Positions 31,806 to 42,662 of a stretch of DNA of 64,000 nt are shown piece by piece; positions within the stretch are counted from its first letter, which is position 1; every line of letters begins with the position of its first letter. The position numbers were made by a program, and so were the translations under genes. The stretch comes from an uncultured archaeon. Its GTDB lineage: Archaea > Asgardarchaeota > Lokiarchaeia > Sigyniarchaeales > SOKP01. The DNA is taken from NCBI GenBank assembly GCA_964447495.1, contig CAYUTF010000002.1, positions 51,639 through 115,638 of the forward strand, given 5' to 3'. Under the pieces are notes generated by a model. It searched no databases. It worked only from the letters and a program-made list of their open reading frames with translations, and was not told the origin of the DNA.

Positions 31806-33398
31806 TTAAAACGTGTATTTTTTCCGTTTCTCGGGTAAAATAATGTTCCCTGAAAGTCCAAATTCAGTAAAGGTTTCTGCATGCTCAGTATGCACTGGAA
31901 TGATATTATCGGCTTGAATTGTGGATAACGTAGAAATCAAGTCCTCTACATTAACATGTCCCGAGGAATGGATGGTTTCAGTCTTGATAACACCAAATTT
32001 ATTCAACCATGCATTTAATTTTTTATCTTGAATAACCATTTCTTCATTAAATGGATCTGTTGTAGAATTTATGAATAATATAGAATCTTGTTTCTGATCT
32101 AAATCAATTAATTCGTTCATCATAAAATAATCAAGATACATTAGGTACTTATCCGGCTCAGCTTTAACATCTTTATAATTGATATAATTTTCTTCTTTTA
32201 AAATGATTCGTTCAAATTTTTTATAATCTTCTGATTCGAATTTACCCCATCCTTTCCGTGGTAAATAAATCGATAAAAAGTCATCATTAAATTCAGGTAA
32301 ATTGTAATCTCTATAAAATTCTTTAATATTTTCCTCCTCCATCTCATCAAGTTTTTTCTTTAATGATTCAATATACATATGAATTTTTGGAGTTATAGCA
32401 ATAATACGGTTATTTTTCTTAGCCAAATTATAATATAGTAAGAGTCTATCAAGATTTCTGGATGGATAATTGAATAAAATTAAACCATGATAGTTATTAA
32501 TTAATTCTCCAGAAATCTCTTGGACATCTTTCTCCGATTGAGTATCATCTTTAAATTTTTCATTCTTAAAATCCTCAACAGAAGGCACACGTGTTCCTTC
32601 TGTGATTATTGTTATAGGATTAGACTTTTTAGCATTATTAATAAAAGTTCTTACCCAATCACTATGTAATCCATGTGTTCTAAAATCTCCGGTATAAATG
32701 ATACTTCTTCCGTCGTGTTCTATAATATAGGAACATGCTCCTGGAATGGAATGGTCTACAGGATACTGCGTAATTTTAATCTCTCCATTAGATGTATTAA
32801 AGAAATAAGGCTTACTAGAATCCATCAGTTTAATTTTCCTTAAACAATCGTGTTTCTTATAATCAGTTCTCTTTGCTCTTTTATATTGAATTTCATCATT
32901 AGTTTTTTGCTTCTTTTTTGGAACTTGCTTGAATGCCTCATAAAAATGCAAAATCTCAGGAACTAATGGATCAGAAGAAATTTCATCTAAATAATTAGCA
33001 ATTGCTTCTGTTATCCAATTCATATATATTGGGGTACTTTTCTTAAGGAAGCCTAAGAACTTACAATGATCTAAATGTGCGTGAGTTAGAAAACAAGCAT
33101 CGATTAGATTATCATCAGAGGGCGTTATATTGTATCTTCCTGAACGTAATTTTTCTTTAAATGGTAGAATAAAATCATTTCTGTATATTTTATTGATTGG
33201 AGGGATAAGTCCTAAATATAAATAGTCAATAACACCATTAAATTTTCGAGGATTGAGGAAATTTGAAAAATATTGATTCATATCTTTAAAGGATAATCCA
33301 AAATCAAAACAGAAGGTTTTATCTCCATTCTTTATAAAGATTTTATTTCCTCCAATCTCGTTTATACCACCATATATAGAAACTTGCATGAAAAACAA
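31806..33398 (-). CDS. MBL-fold hydrolase, RNase J/beta-CASP-like
   Basis: GGINEIGGN, THAHLDH, DHSIPG, YTGDFR, HSSGH, PVHTE. Confidence 0.85.
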   Translation of the reverse strand: MFFMQVSIYGGINEIGGNKIFIKNGDKTFCFDFGLSFKDMNQYFSNFLNPRKFNGVIDYLYLGLIPPINKIYRNDFILPFKEKLRSGRYNITPSDDNLIDACFLTHAHLDHCKFLGFLKKSTPIYMNWITEAIANYLDEISSDPLVPEILHFYEAFKQVPKKKQKTNDEIQYKRAKRTDYKKHDCLRKIKLMDSSKPYFFNTSNGEIKITQYPVDHSIPGACSYIIEHDGRSIIYTGDFRTHGLHSDWVRTFINNAKKSNPITIITEGTRVPSVEDFKNEKFKDDTQSEKDVQEISGELINNYHGLILFNYPSRNLDRLLLYYNLAKKNNRIIAITPKIHMYIESLKKKLDEMEEENIKEFYRDYNLPEFNDDFLSIYLPRKGWGKFESEDYKKFERIILKEENYINYKDVKAEPDKYLMYLDYFMMNELIDLDQKQDSILFINSTTDPFNEEMVIQDKKLNAWLNKFGVIKTETIHSSGHVNVEDLISTLSTIQADNIIPVHTEHAETFTEFGLSGNIILPEKRKKYTF

Positions 33399-33530
33399 CC
33401 AGATTATTAAGATGATGTAAATATCGCAATTGAATTTTTTCTTATAATAGTATAATACAAATATAGGTTTAAAAAATCGTTTATTATTGCGAGACTATGG
33501 AAAATTATTAGTATTTATACTAAAATAAAC

Positions 33531-33887
33531 TTAAAAATAACCTAAATGACCCAAATTTTTTCCATTCTCGTCTAAAATATATACTATACCAAGTGAAAGT
33601 GAATCCGCTTCATTAGTAGATTTAGTGGGTTTTGCAACCTTTTTTAGGGTTTCAAGCTTTAATATATAAACTCTATTACACTTCTTGCATTTAATATATA
33701 TTTTTTTTGTAATTTTTTCGTCGTCTTCAGATTCTTCGATTTTAAAAGGTTCTAATAATTTTATATCCTCATTATCACATCCTGGTAAGAAGCATGCATC
33801 TAATGATATCCGTTCCATTCCACGGCGAGCCAGAGATATGTATGCATAACTAGGAATTTCTTGTCTTAAATCTTCATAATCATCCAT
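33531..33887 (-). CDS. Hypothetical Cys-containing (zinc-binding?) protein
   Basis: CFLPGC and CKKC pairs. Confidence 0.65.
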   Translation of the reverse strand: MDDYEDLRQEIPSYAYISLARRGMERISLDACFLPGCDNEDIKLLEPFKIEESEDDEKITKKIYIKCKKCNRVYILKLETLKKVAKPTKSTNEADSLSLGIVYILDENGKNLGHLGYF

Positions 33888-34030
33888 ATGCTAGAAAAAG
33901 AATTGAGTTTTTTAATTATTATTATTATTTTCTAAAATAAGTTTTTAAGATATTAAGTAAGTGTATAAAAAACCTTATTTAAAATCGAGGATTAATTACT
34001 CTGATAAATATACCTAAATTCAAGAAAGAT

Positions 34031-34342
34031 ATGGCCCCTAAAAAGGAAATTTCAAAAGAAATTTTAGATTATATATCTAAATTAGCCCTATTAGAATTAA
34101 GTGAGGAAGAACAAGAAGATTTTATAAATCAGTTAGAGAATATTCTAAATTACTTTAAAAAACTAGAAGATTTAAACACAGAAAATATTGAACCTACACG
34201 TCATCCCATTGAGGGTTTAAAAAATGTTTTTCGAGACGATATTCCTTGGAAATCTCTTTCTAAGAGAGATGCTTTAAAGAATGCTAAATATACTAAAGAT
34301 GGTTATTTTAAAGCTCCAAAAGTAATAAAAGATAAAAATTAA
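34031..34342 (+). CDS. gatC: Asp/Glu-tRNA amidotransferase subunit C
   Basis: ISKLALLEL, LENILNYF, NVFRDD, DGYFKAPKV. Confidence 0.9.
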   Translation: MAPKKEISKEILDYISKLALLELSEEEQEDFINQLENILNYFKKLEDLNTENIEPTRHPIEGLKNVFRDDIPWKSLSKRDALKNAKYTKDGYFKAPKVIKDKN

Positions 34343-35337
34343 TCAGCATATTCCTTATTTAGGATTTCAATTGCTTTTTCCATATCTTTTAACGCTTTTT
34401 TTCTCTCTTTTGGAGTCATATTATAAAAATCATCTTCTGCGTTTATGCCAATTTTTTGAGATTCTGCTATAGGTTTAAATTTTTTATATACCAATGCTGT
34501 TATATAGCGCTCATAATGAGATAAAGCCTTATTAAGCTCAGGATTATCCTTAATTTTATCCCATAATTCTAAAGTCTCTAAAGATCTTATCCCTATATCA
34601 ATACGAAACCAAGATATTGGAAAGAGTAGCTTCTTTTTAATACCATATTCGATAATTTTAATATTTTCACTATCAATATAAATCTCAGGTATTTCATCCT
34701 TACTAAAAACTATATTGTCGCTCATTATATAGAGGTTAGCCGCATTTCTGGAAGTACAGACTATACCAACCGCAAAGCCTTTTGCTAATCTTAATTTATT
34801 AATTAAATCTTCAAGATGGGTCCCTTTAATATGTAAATTATTTTTTTTAGTTCCCTGAAATTCGATTTTTATTTTTTTCGCTCCCTTATCCTCTAAAATC
34901 TTTGGGAATAACTCCTTTTCTCTAGAGTGTTTATGAGCTTCCATTAATTTATTGATAATGGAATAATCAAGTTTTAGTTCTGGAATAACCGTATGTTTTT
35001 CATCTAAAAAAGCATCGACTTCAAAATCCGCAATACCATAGAATATTTTTCGATTATTTATTATTTGATAAATGGTTTTGACAATAATGTCCACTAATGC
35101 TTCAGGATCTTCACGAATAGAGTCATATTCAGTAGTCATAAATGTGTCAATTTGATCTTCAAGCCCTTCCTCTTCATAAAAGGCAGCCCAAGACATTTCG
35201 GTATAAATATTGCCTTCATTAAAGAAATTATGGAAGCTATCTATACTAATTATTGACTTTGAACCTCCAATTTCTACTCCTTTTTTTGTCCCGAATGCTA
35301 GAATTGCAGAAGGAGGATTGAAGAATTCTATCGACAT
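34339..35337 (-). CDS. Hypothetical protein
   Basis: 332-aa ORF with typical codon usage. Confidence 0.65.
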   Translation of the reverse strand: MSIEFFNPPSAILAFGTKKGVEIGGSKSIISIDSFHNFFNEGNIYTEMSWAAFYEEEGLEDQIDTFMTTEYDSIREDPEALVDIIVKTIYQIINNRKIFYGIADFEVDAFLDEKHTVIPELKLDYSIINKLMEAHKHSREKELFPKILEDKGAKKIKIEFQGTKKNNLHIKGTHLEDLINKLRLAKGFAVGIVCTSRNAANLYIMSDNIVFSKDEIPEIYIDSENIKIIEYGIKKKLLFPISWFRIDIGIRSLETLELWDKIKDNPELNKALSHYERYITALVYKKFKPIAESQKIGINAEDDFYNMTPKERKKALKDMEKAIEILNKEYAD

Positions 35338-35473
35338 AATTCTATCACAATTTAAATAATTAATATTAGATACACATTTTAAATTTAGAGTTTTTGGAAA
35401 ATCTAAATTTGAGAATAATGAATATTAAAAATTGTCGATATATTGTATCCCTTTATAATTTAGGCAATGTCAC

Positions 35474-38101
35474 TTAATCATTAAAAGGTAATCTCACAAT
35501 GAATGTTGAACCCTTGTTTTTACCTTCAGATTCTGCCCAAATTTTTCCACCATGTAGTTGAACGATTTCTTTCGCAATATGAAGCCCTAATCCAGTTGTA
35601 CCTAACTGAATGTCTAAATCTTTATCTAATGGGGTTTGGATTTTGCCAAATTTTTTGAAAAGTTTTCCAATTTCATTTTTAGTTAACCCAATACCAGTAT
35701 CCTTGATTCGTATATCTGCATAATCATCGTATTCTTTTATAGTTATACATATCGTTCCTTTTTTGGGTGTATATTTTATTGCATTAGTTAATAGATTTGT
35801 AATGACCAATTCTATTCTAGATTCATCTAAATTTAAAAAGAGATTCTCAGGTATATTTAATTCGAGATTATGATCTCCTCTTTTAAAGAAATAGGTTAAT
35901 TCATTCACACATTTCAATATTAGCTTAGATAAATCAACATTATGTTTTTCTAGGGTAAACATTCTTGATTCCATTCTGGAGACATCTAAGAGATCATCGA
36001 CTAATTTTTTTAATCTTTTTGTGCCATTTACCGCCATATCTAGTAATTCTTGAGCATCTTTACTAACTTCATTTCGATATTGGCTATTTAATAATTGATA
36101 CGCGCCATAAACGGTTGTTATTGGTGTTTTTAATTCATGAGAGGCACGATTTATAAATTCTTTTCTCATCTCATCCAATTCTTTCAATCCTTTTTCTGCT
36201 TTTTTCTTTTCAGAAATATCATGCCCCATTATAATAATGAATGGCTTATTGTCTATTTTTACAAATGAAGATTCAATATTAGTCCATATTTTTGTTCCAT
36301 CTTTCCTAATCAATTCAACATCCATAGGGGGGATAGAAATACCCTTAGTGATTTTCTCAAGTCTTTCTAATAGCTTTGATAAATACTCTTCAGGAACTAT
36401 TAATAATTTTCTATATTTTTTTCCAATCAATTCATCTCTAGAATAACCTATGAGTTTTTCCAAAGATGGATTGCAATCTACAATCTTTCCAGACTTTTCT
36501 ATGAGTAAAATAGAGAATGGGGCGTTCTGAAATAAGAAACGGTATTTCTCCTCAGACTCTTTCAACTTTTCTTGTGTTGTCTTTCGATCACTTATATCAA
36601 TAAAAGAAACAAGAAATGCCGGGTTTTCTTCAAATTCAATTTTTTTATAATAGACATCTAACCAAATTATCTCTCCCTGTTTGGTTAATCCTCTCGCTTC
36701 GTAATAAATTGCTTTATTATTTTCATACTTATCAATGGATGTAGCTAAACTTATAATTCTTTTTTTATCCTCAGAGTGTATCGTCTTAAAAAATTCTCCC
36801 TTTTTCCAATTGAGCATTTCTTTTGCAGTGTAACCCAGTAAATCGGCAAGATTTTGATTTACATACTTCACCTGCTCATCTTGAATAATACTAATACCCA
36901 TTAACGATTGTTCTGCGATTGTACGGAACTTCTCTTCGGATTCTTTTATTCGATTTTCAGCGATTTTCATATCAGTGATATCATGAATAACACTTCTAAT
37001 TCCCACAATTTCTCCTTCATTGTAAATAGGAGTCGCATAAATTCTTGAGTAGAAGACGCTCCCATCTTTTCTTTTCAGCCTTAAAAGTTGGGGTTCAATT
37101 ATTTCTCCCTTAAAAAGTCTTTTTAAAACGTCGTTTACGAAATTTCTCTCATCAGGAAGAATAAAATCATTGACATGCAATCCCTTTTTAAAATCTTCAT
37201 GAGAGTATCCGAAGATCTTAGAAGCTATAGAATTTGTGTATACCAAATTGTAATCGGTGTCAATTTCAAAAATAACCTCGAGTAATGATTCTGCCAAATT
37301 TCTATATCTTTTTTTCGATTCGCTTAATATTTCTGCTGTTTTTTTTCGCTCTGTAATGTCTCTAGTTACTAATTGGATTTTTAAATTTCCATCACTATCT
37401 CTGAACATATTTCCATTAGTTTCAGTCCATACATAATGTCCATCTTTATGTCTAATCCTCGCCTCGATGATTCTCTCTTCTCCTTCAATGGATTTTTTAA
37501 ATTCTTGTAATACCTTCTCTCTATCATCGGGATGAATAAACTCTAAAGAACTGCGACCAATTAAATCGTCCTTATCATAGTTCATCACTTTTTTATGTTT
37601 TTCCTCGTTAATATATTCTATTTGCATTTCAGTGTTGATGATGGTTATCATATCGTTTATATTTTGAGTTAATAATCTATACTTCTCTTCAGATTCTTTG
37701 AGTTTGATTTCTAATGATTTTCTCGGAGTTATGTCCTGCGCTAAAACCTGAATTAGTAAATTATCGCCTACTTTGACTAATGAACCTATTACATTAATCC
37801 ATAAAGCATCTTTGTGATTATTAGTAATTAGAATTTCTCCTGGACTGAAATTTTCACCCTTTAATAGATTTGTAAAGACATTTTTCATTTTTGGTAGAGT
37901 TGAATCTGGAATAATCCCCAGTTTAGTAAAATGATATCCAATAAGCTGAGTCCTATCATAACCAGATAATTTTTCAGTTGCGGAGTTGACTTCTACAATT
38001 TGTCCATTTAAATCTAAAAGGGTAATTGAAATTGGAGATTTCTCAAAAATCAACCTAAATGCTTCATTATGACCCTTTTGATATAATTGATTATTATTCA
38101 A
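35474..38101 (-). CDS. Multi-PAS sensor histidine kinase
   Basis: Five PAS/PAC repeats (DITERK-like); SHELKTP, NLLTNAIKY, DTGIG, GLGL, GSTF. Confidence 0.93.
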   Translation of the reverse strand: MNNNQLYQKGHNEAFRLIFEKSPISITLLDLNGQIVEVNSATEKLSGYDRTQLIGYHFTKLGIIPDSTLPKMKNVFTNLLKGENFSPGEILITNNHKDALWINVIGSLVKVGDNLLIQVLAQDITPRKSLEIKLKESEEKYRLLTQNINDMITIINTEMQIEYINEEKHKKVMNYDKDDLIGRSSLEFIHPDDREKVLQEFKKSIEGEERIIEARIRHKDGHYVWTETNGNMFRDSDGNLKIQLVTRDITERKKTAEILSESKKRYRNLAESLLEVIFEIDTDYNLVYTNSIASKIFGYSHEDFKKGLHVNDFILPDERNFVNDVLKRLFKGEIIEPQLLRLKRKDGSVFYSRIYATPIYNEGEIVGIRSVIHDITDMKIAENRIKESEEKFRTIAEQSLMGISIIQDEQVKYVNQNLADLLGYTAKEMLNWKKGEFFKTIHSEDKKRIISLATSIDKYENNKAIYYEARGLTKQGEIIWLDVYYKKIEFEENPAFLVSFIDISDRKTTQEKLKESEEKYRFLFQNAPFSILLIEKSGKIVDCNPSLEKLIGYSRDELIGKKYRKLLIVPEEYLSKLLERLEKITKGISIPPMDVELIRKDGTKIWTNIESSFVKIDNKPFIIIMGHDISEKKKAEKGLKELDEMRKEFINRASHELKTPITTVYGAYQLLNSQYRNEVSKDAQELLDMAVNGTKRLKKLVDDLLDVSRMESRMFTLEKHNVDLSKLILKCVNELTYFFKRGDHNLELNIPENLFLNLDESRIELVITNLLTNAIKYTPKKGTICITIKEYDDYADIRIKDTGIGLTKNEIGKLFKKFGKIQTPLDKDLDIQLGTTGLGLHIAKEIVQLHGGKIWAESEGKNKGSTFIVRLPFND

Positions 38102-38274
38102 GATTGCAGCATCAATATACTTTTTTTGAATCTCTAGATTTTATATTACAAAAATGGGTTTTTTATTCATCTAATAGAATAAGAAAGAACTTTTTTTTTA
38201 ATTTAAGTAATTTTTAAAAAGTTCGTACTACCATCTTTTAATCCAAATTTATAAGGATAAGTATGAAATTAGAT

Positions 38275-39801
38275 TTAAGGAGAAGCAAAAAGAGTAAGTC
38301 TATTTCTACGATATTCTGAATATTGGCATAGAATCTTAAGACATTTTGTTGGTAAATCCCATAGTTCGAATATAGGAATATCATATGAAAGAAATTTTTG
38401 AAACCATGGATATTTATATGGAAATGGCCCAGCATAAAATACAGGGATAGAATATTTCTTCATTAAGCGTTTTATTGGTTTTAATACTGCATTATCTATC
38501 ATCATCTTTATATCCTTCATTTTATCATCTAATATCATCCCCGAGTTTTCCATGGTATCTAAAACTTCATCGAAATCAAAAACACCATATACTATAATTG
38601 CATTAACCTCCCCTGATTTCATAACGATTTTTGGTATTTTGTAGAGAAGATTAACGAAGTTTACATCAAAAGTAACATCAATCGGATTGATTGCACTTGC
38701 GGTGGGAGGAATTATCTCAAATATACTTTTTTTTAATTCACTCGAAAATTCTGGGACAATAAGGCCATTTAACTCTGCAGTTTTAGCCATCATACTTCCA
38801 CTACCTCCTGAGTCAGTTATTATCCCAATCCTTTTGCCATTTGGAAAAATATTATATTTTTGGGCAGCAGAAAAAGTACGAAGATAATGTAAAAATTCAA
38901 TAATAGAATCGGTGTGGAAAATTCCTGTAGTATTGAAAACTGCTTTCATCATTTTATTACTCCCTCCTATAGAGCCTGTATGGCTCATTATAGAGCGTGA
39001 GGCTGCTTTTGTTCCACCCGCATACATTGCAACAATTGGTTTCTTAGGGGTAATATCTTTTGCAATTTTTATAAATTCTTTACCCCGCTTAACTTCTTCA
39101 ATATATAGCCCTATTACTTCAGTTTGATCGTCATTTTTAAAATATTCTAAAAAATCTACTAAATCGATGTTTCTCTCATTTCCAACAGATATCGATTTAC
39201 TTATTTTAACACCTAATTCTTTAGCATGCCAGAATGTTTGAGCCGCAATTGTACCGGACTGACTTATTAGAGAGATATTGCCTCTTTCCGGGATCATATA
39301 TGGCCAAAAAGTATTAATATAGGCATCTTTTTTCTCAGGATAGCCATACCACGCATTATAAAACCCTAAACAATTAGGTCCTATAAATCGGATATTGTAT
39401 TTTTTGGCTAACTTGTCAAGTTTATTTGATAAATTAATACCTTCGGAACCAATTTCTCTAAATCCACCAGATGTGATTAATAGATGTTTAATTCCTTTTT
39501 GTCCGCATTCTTCCATCACATCTATGACTGCTTTTGGAGGTAATATTAAAAATGCAAAATCAGGAGTAACTGGTATATCAAAAACAGATTCATAGGCTTT
39601 AAACCCTTGCACTTTCTCTAATCTTGGATGTACAGGAAAAATTTCTTCAATTCCTTTTCCAGTAATAATATTTCGTAATTGCATGGATCCCATTGTACTT
39701 AAAAGATTATTATTAGCTCCAAATATTGCCATACTTCTTGGATTTAAAAAGGAATATAAAAAATGATCTTTATTAGGTGATTTTTGTTCAAACTTTGACA
39801 T
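38275..39801 (-). CDS. ADP-forming acyl-CoA synthetase alpha subunit (CoA-binding)
   Basis: LNPRSMAIFGA, GPNCLG, SQSG, SHTGS, NPIDV. Confidence 0.88.
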   Translation of the reverse strand: MSKFEQKSPNKDHFLYSFLNPRSMAIFGANNNLLSTMGSMQLRNIITGKGIEEIFPVHPRLEKVQGFKAYESVFDIPVTPDFAFLILPPKAVIDVMEECGQKGIKHLLITSGGFREIGSEGINLSNKLDKLAKKYNIRFIGPNCLGFYNAWYGYPEKKDAYINTFWPYMIPERGNISLISQSGTIAAQTFWHAKELGVKISKSISVGNERNIDLVDFLEYFKNDDQTEVIGLYIEEVKRGKEFIKIAKDITPKKPIVAMYAGGTKAASRSIMSHTGSIGGSNKMMKAVFNTTGIFHTDSIIEFLHYLRTFSAAQKYNIFPNGKRIGIITDSGGSGSMMAKTAELNGLIVPEFSSELKKSIFEIIPPTASAINPIDVTFDVNFVNLLYKIPKIVMKSGEVNAIIVYGVFDFDEVLDTMENSGMILDDKMKDIKMMIDNAVLKPIKRLMKKYSIPVFYAGPFPYKYPWFQKFLSYDIPIFELWDLPTKCLKILCQYSEYRRNRLTLFASP

Positions 39802-39945
39802 AATTCTAAATTTAATGTCTATAATTGTTAAAATCTATTAGAATTTATAAGACGGTAAATAGTAAAATTAACTAAATAATTTGAATGTTTTTTTATTTCT
39901 AAATAAGTTATAGAGAAAAATTAGAGATTTTTTGATATTTCCCAA

Positions 39946-40476
39946 TTAAGATTTTCCAGTTGAACCAAAACCTCCTAATCCTCTGTCTGACTTCGGTAAA
40001 TTTTCGGTCTCAATGAACTCATATTCATATAACTTTCCTAAGATTAATTGGCAGATTCGATCTTCTTTCTTGAGTATGACGTCTCTATTTGATAAATTAA
40101 CGACAATCGCCATCCACTCATTTCTATACCCAGAATCAATTGTACCTGGACTATTCACAATCGATATACCTTCCCAAAGGGCTAATCCACTTCTTGGAAC
40201 CACCTTAAAATAATATCCTTCCGGAATAGCTGTTGAAAAGCCAAGTGAGCACCCTATTCTATCTAAGGGTTTTAAAACATAAGTATCTGATGCAACATCG
40301 ATTAACTCTTTCCTTCCACCTTCAGAAACGATTCTTTTGAACCCCATAATCCTGGCATCAGCCCCTGCATCCCCCGGTTTTGAAGGCTCTGGAATCTGTA
40401 CGCTTTTATCCAATTTCTTTAAGGGGATTGATAATTTTTCTTGTACCATTTGCTTAGAGTCTTTTTTACTATTCAT
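39946..40476 (-). CDS. dut: dUTP diphosphatase (trimeric)
   Basis: AGAD, PRSG, GTIDSGYR, RICQL, RGLGGFGSTG. Confidence 0.93.
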   Translation of the reverse strand: MNSKKDSKQMVQEKLSIPLKKLDKSVQIPEPSKPGDAGADARIMGFKRIVSEGGRKELIDVASDTYVLKPLDRIGCSLGFSTAIPEGYYFKVVPRSGLALWEGISIVNSPGTIDSGYRNEWMAIVVNLSNRDVILKKEDRICQLILGKLYEYEFIETENLPKSDRGLGGFGSTGKS

Positions 40477-40629
40477 TTTATATCTATATCTATTATTATA
40501 AAAGATAATTAATAGTTTTTATTAAATCATAATTAATGGAATAAAGAAAAAACATTATAAAATCACTAATCATTAAGAAAATTATCAATTAATTCACTCT
40601 CTAAATTATTAGTTTTTAAATGAAAAATC

Positions 40630-41085
40630 ATGATTGTTATCGATAGATACGATCCTCGTTTAGATCGGGATGCCTTAAAAGAAATTTTTGAAGATTTCAT
40701 TGAGAATAAATCATTTTTCTTTTCTCACTGGCAGAAGTTTGAACAAGAATTAAATAAGCGTGTTTTAGATTTACAATATAGGAACTCCATGATTGTAGCG
40801 AGGGAGGATGGAAAATTGGTTGGTTGGGGTACGTACACTTCTTTCAGAGATTATCTGGGAAATGATAGAGCCATTATTCATCAAATTCTTACTAAAAAAG
40901 AGGATTCCTATAAAAAAGGTATCGACGAAATAATGATTCGCGAACTACAGTTATATATTAAGAAGACCCTTAAACTTGATAAAGTTTATTACTTTTGCCC
41001 CGATTCTGACGGAGCATTGCGAAGCGTGTTTATGAAGCTTGGAATTAAGAAAGCCAAACATTTCCTCTATGAAAATGATATCTAA
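40630..41085 (+). CDS. GNAT-fold-like protein
   Basis: VAREDGKLVGW, YKKGI, FMKLG pattern. Confidence 0.55.
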   Translation: MIVIDRYDPRLDRDALKEIFEDFIENKSFFFSHWQKFEQELNKRVLDLQYRNSMIVAREDGKLVGWGTYTSFRDYLGNDRAIIHQILTKKEDSYKKGIDEIMIRELQLYIKKTLKLDKVYYFCPDSDGALRSVFMKLGIKKAKHFLYENDI

Positions 41086-41162
41086 GTATGAAATTTATTT
41101 GTATTTGTATATAAACATAAATAATCTTAAAGAGAATTAAGAAATATCCAAATTGATGTTAT

Positions 41163-41270
41163 TCACTTTTTTAATAACCGATTATGAATAATACAGCATA
41201 TAATAAATATCAATAAGATCACTATTCCAGCAAGAATATAACCACCAAAAGCCTCAATTATGTCTAACAT
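41163..41270 (-). CDS. Possible 35-aa single-TM microprotein
   Basis: MLDIIEAFGGYILAGIVILLIFIICCIIHNRLLKK; hydrophobic core with basic tail. Confidence 0.4.
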   Translation of the reverse strand: MLDIIEAFGGYILAGIVILLIFIICCIIHNRLLKK

Positions 41271-41506
41271 GATTTGTTCTATCCATTATCGGATTTAGTA
41301 ATAGCAATATGATCTAAACTATATTTCTATTTAAAATTTATCTGTAGATAAGACTTGAATGCATAAACTATAAAGAAAAAGAAAAAAATAAAAATTAAAT
41401 AGATTAACTTGAGCAACCTTTTCATATGCGCTAAAGGATCTCTAAGGCATTTATCTTCTCATATGCTTGATTAGGCTATGTTATTGCGCTGAAATAATAA
41501 GATGAA

Positions 41507-41722
41507 TTAGCTTTTTTCAATTTGGAAATTTACTTGGACTCGGACTCGATAGATTAATTTGTCTTGATCTTCCTTAACTTTAACATCGCTTTCAACGATC
41601 TGAATGTTCCTAATACCCCGTAATGTTTTCTTAGCTTCATCGTACGCGTTTCTGACCGCATCTGCCCAGTTCTTATCGCTCGTTGCTACTAGCTGAATAC
41701 TTTTATACACTGGCATTTTCAA
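41507..41722 (-). CDS. Dodecin family flavin-binding protein
   Basis: VYKSIQLVATS..WADAV..A...A.KTLRGI, YRVRVQVNF. Confidence 0.9.
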   Translation of the reverse strand: MKMPVYKSIQLVATSDKNWADAVRNAYDEAKKTLRGIRNIQIVESDVKVKEDQDKLIYRVRVQVNFQIEKS

Positions 41723-41967
41723 TACACCTTTTAATTCAATAAATTTTCATTGATTTCTTAAGTAAGTCATATTTTAATTATTTTATATTTAAATATTACG
41801 CTAATTTTAATGAAAGCTTTGATGATTAATAGATATAAATATAACTCTAATTGATTTATGAGGCGTTTTTTGAGCGCTTTAATTCTTTTTATATAATTTA
41901 AGTTTTAAAAAGGAGTATATTAATTAAATGGAATAATTTAATTATCATATTTAATCAAATTGATTTC

Positions 41968-42597
41968 ATGAAAATCTTGAATGGAAACAAAGATAAAATA
42001 AGTAAAGCACTTAAACTTAAGAAAGAGGAAAAATTTGAGGAAGCTTTAGAAATTTTGAATGATCTACATAAAAGCAAGCCTAATTCTAAAGATATAAAAA
42101 ACGCTTTAATTGAGGTTTTGTTTGAGTACGGCGCGTACTTAAATGATGATTGGGTTTCAGGCTATGAAAAAGCTGTTGAATGTTTTAACAGAATTATTGA
42201 AATTGATGGAAATCATTACAAAGCATGGTATAATTTGGGCATAGCCTTCTTCAAATTAAAAGAAACTGAAAAAGCATTAGAGGCATATAACCAAGCACTA
42301 AAGATAAAACCCGATTATGAATATATCTATTACAATATCGGATTGCTATATGAAGTTGATAAAGAGGATTTAGAGACTGCTTTAAAGTATTATGAAGAGG
42401 CTTTAAGATTAAATGAAAATTTTACATATGCCCTCCAAGCAATGAGAGATGTCCGTCAGAAATTGGAGTATATTAAATTAAACAAGCAAAAAAAAGATGT
42501 TTCTGATTTTGAAACCCAAATTATTTGTAAAAAATGTGGGAATATAAATAGAGCTAGTGCTAAATTTTGTGATGAATGTGGAGAATCGATACACTAA
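41968..42597 (+). CDS. TPR protein with C-terminal zinc ribbon
   Basis: AWYNLG TPR repeats; CKKCG...FCDECG. Confidence 0.85.
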   Translation: MKILNGNKDKISKALKLKKEEKFEEALEILNDLHKSKPNSKDIKNALIEVLFEYGAYLNDDWVSGYEKAVECFNRIIEIDGNHYKAWYNLGIAFFKLKETEKALEAYNQALKIKPDYEYIYYNIGLLYEVDKEDLETALKYYEEALRLNENFTYALQAMRDVRQKLEYIKLNKQKKDVSDFETQIICKKCGNINRASAKFCDECGESIH

Positions 42598-42662
42598 AAG
42601 CATTGAATTAACTATCAATGAAAAATAAATAAAAAAAAGAATTACTTAAGAAATTAACAAGA

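Noticed and set aside
41405-41500. GC-richer stretch with repeated TCATATGC downstream of dodecin as an ncRNA or SECIS element
   Set aside because: No convincing stem and no UGA-containing gene nearby
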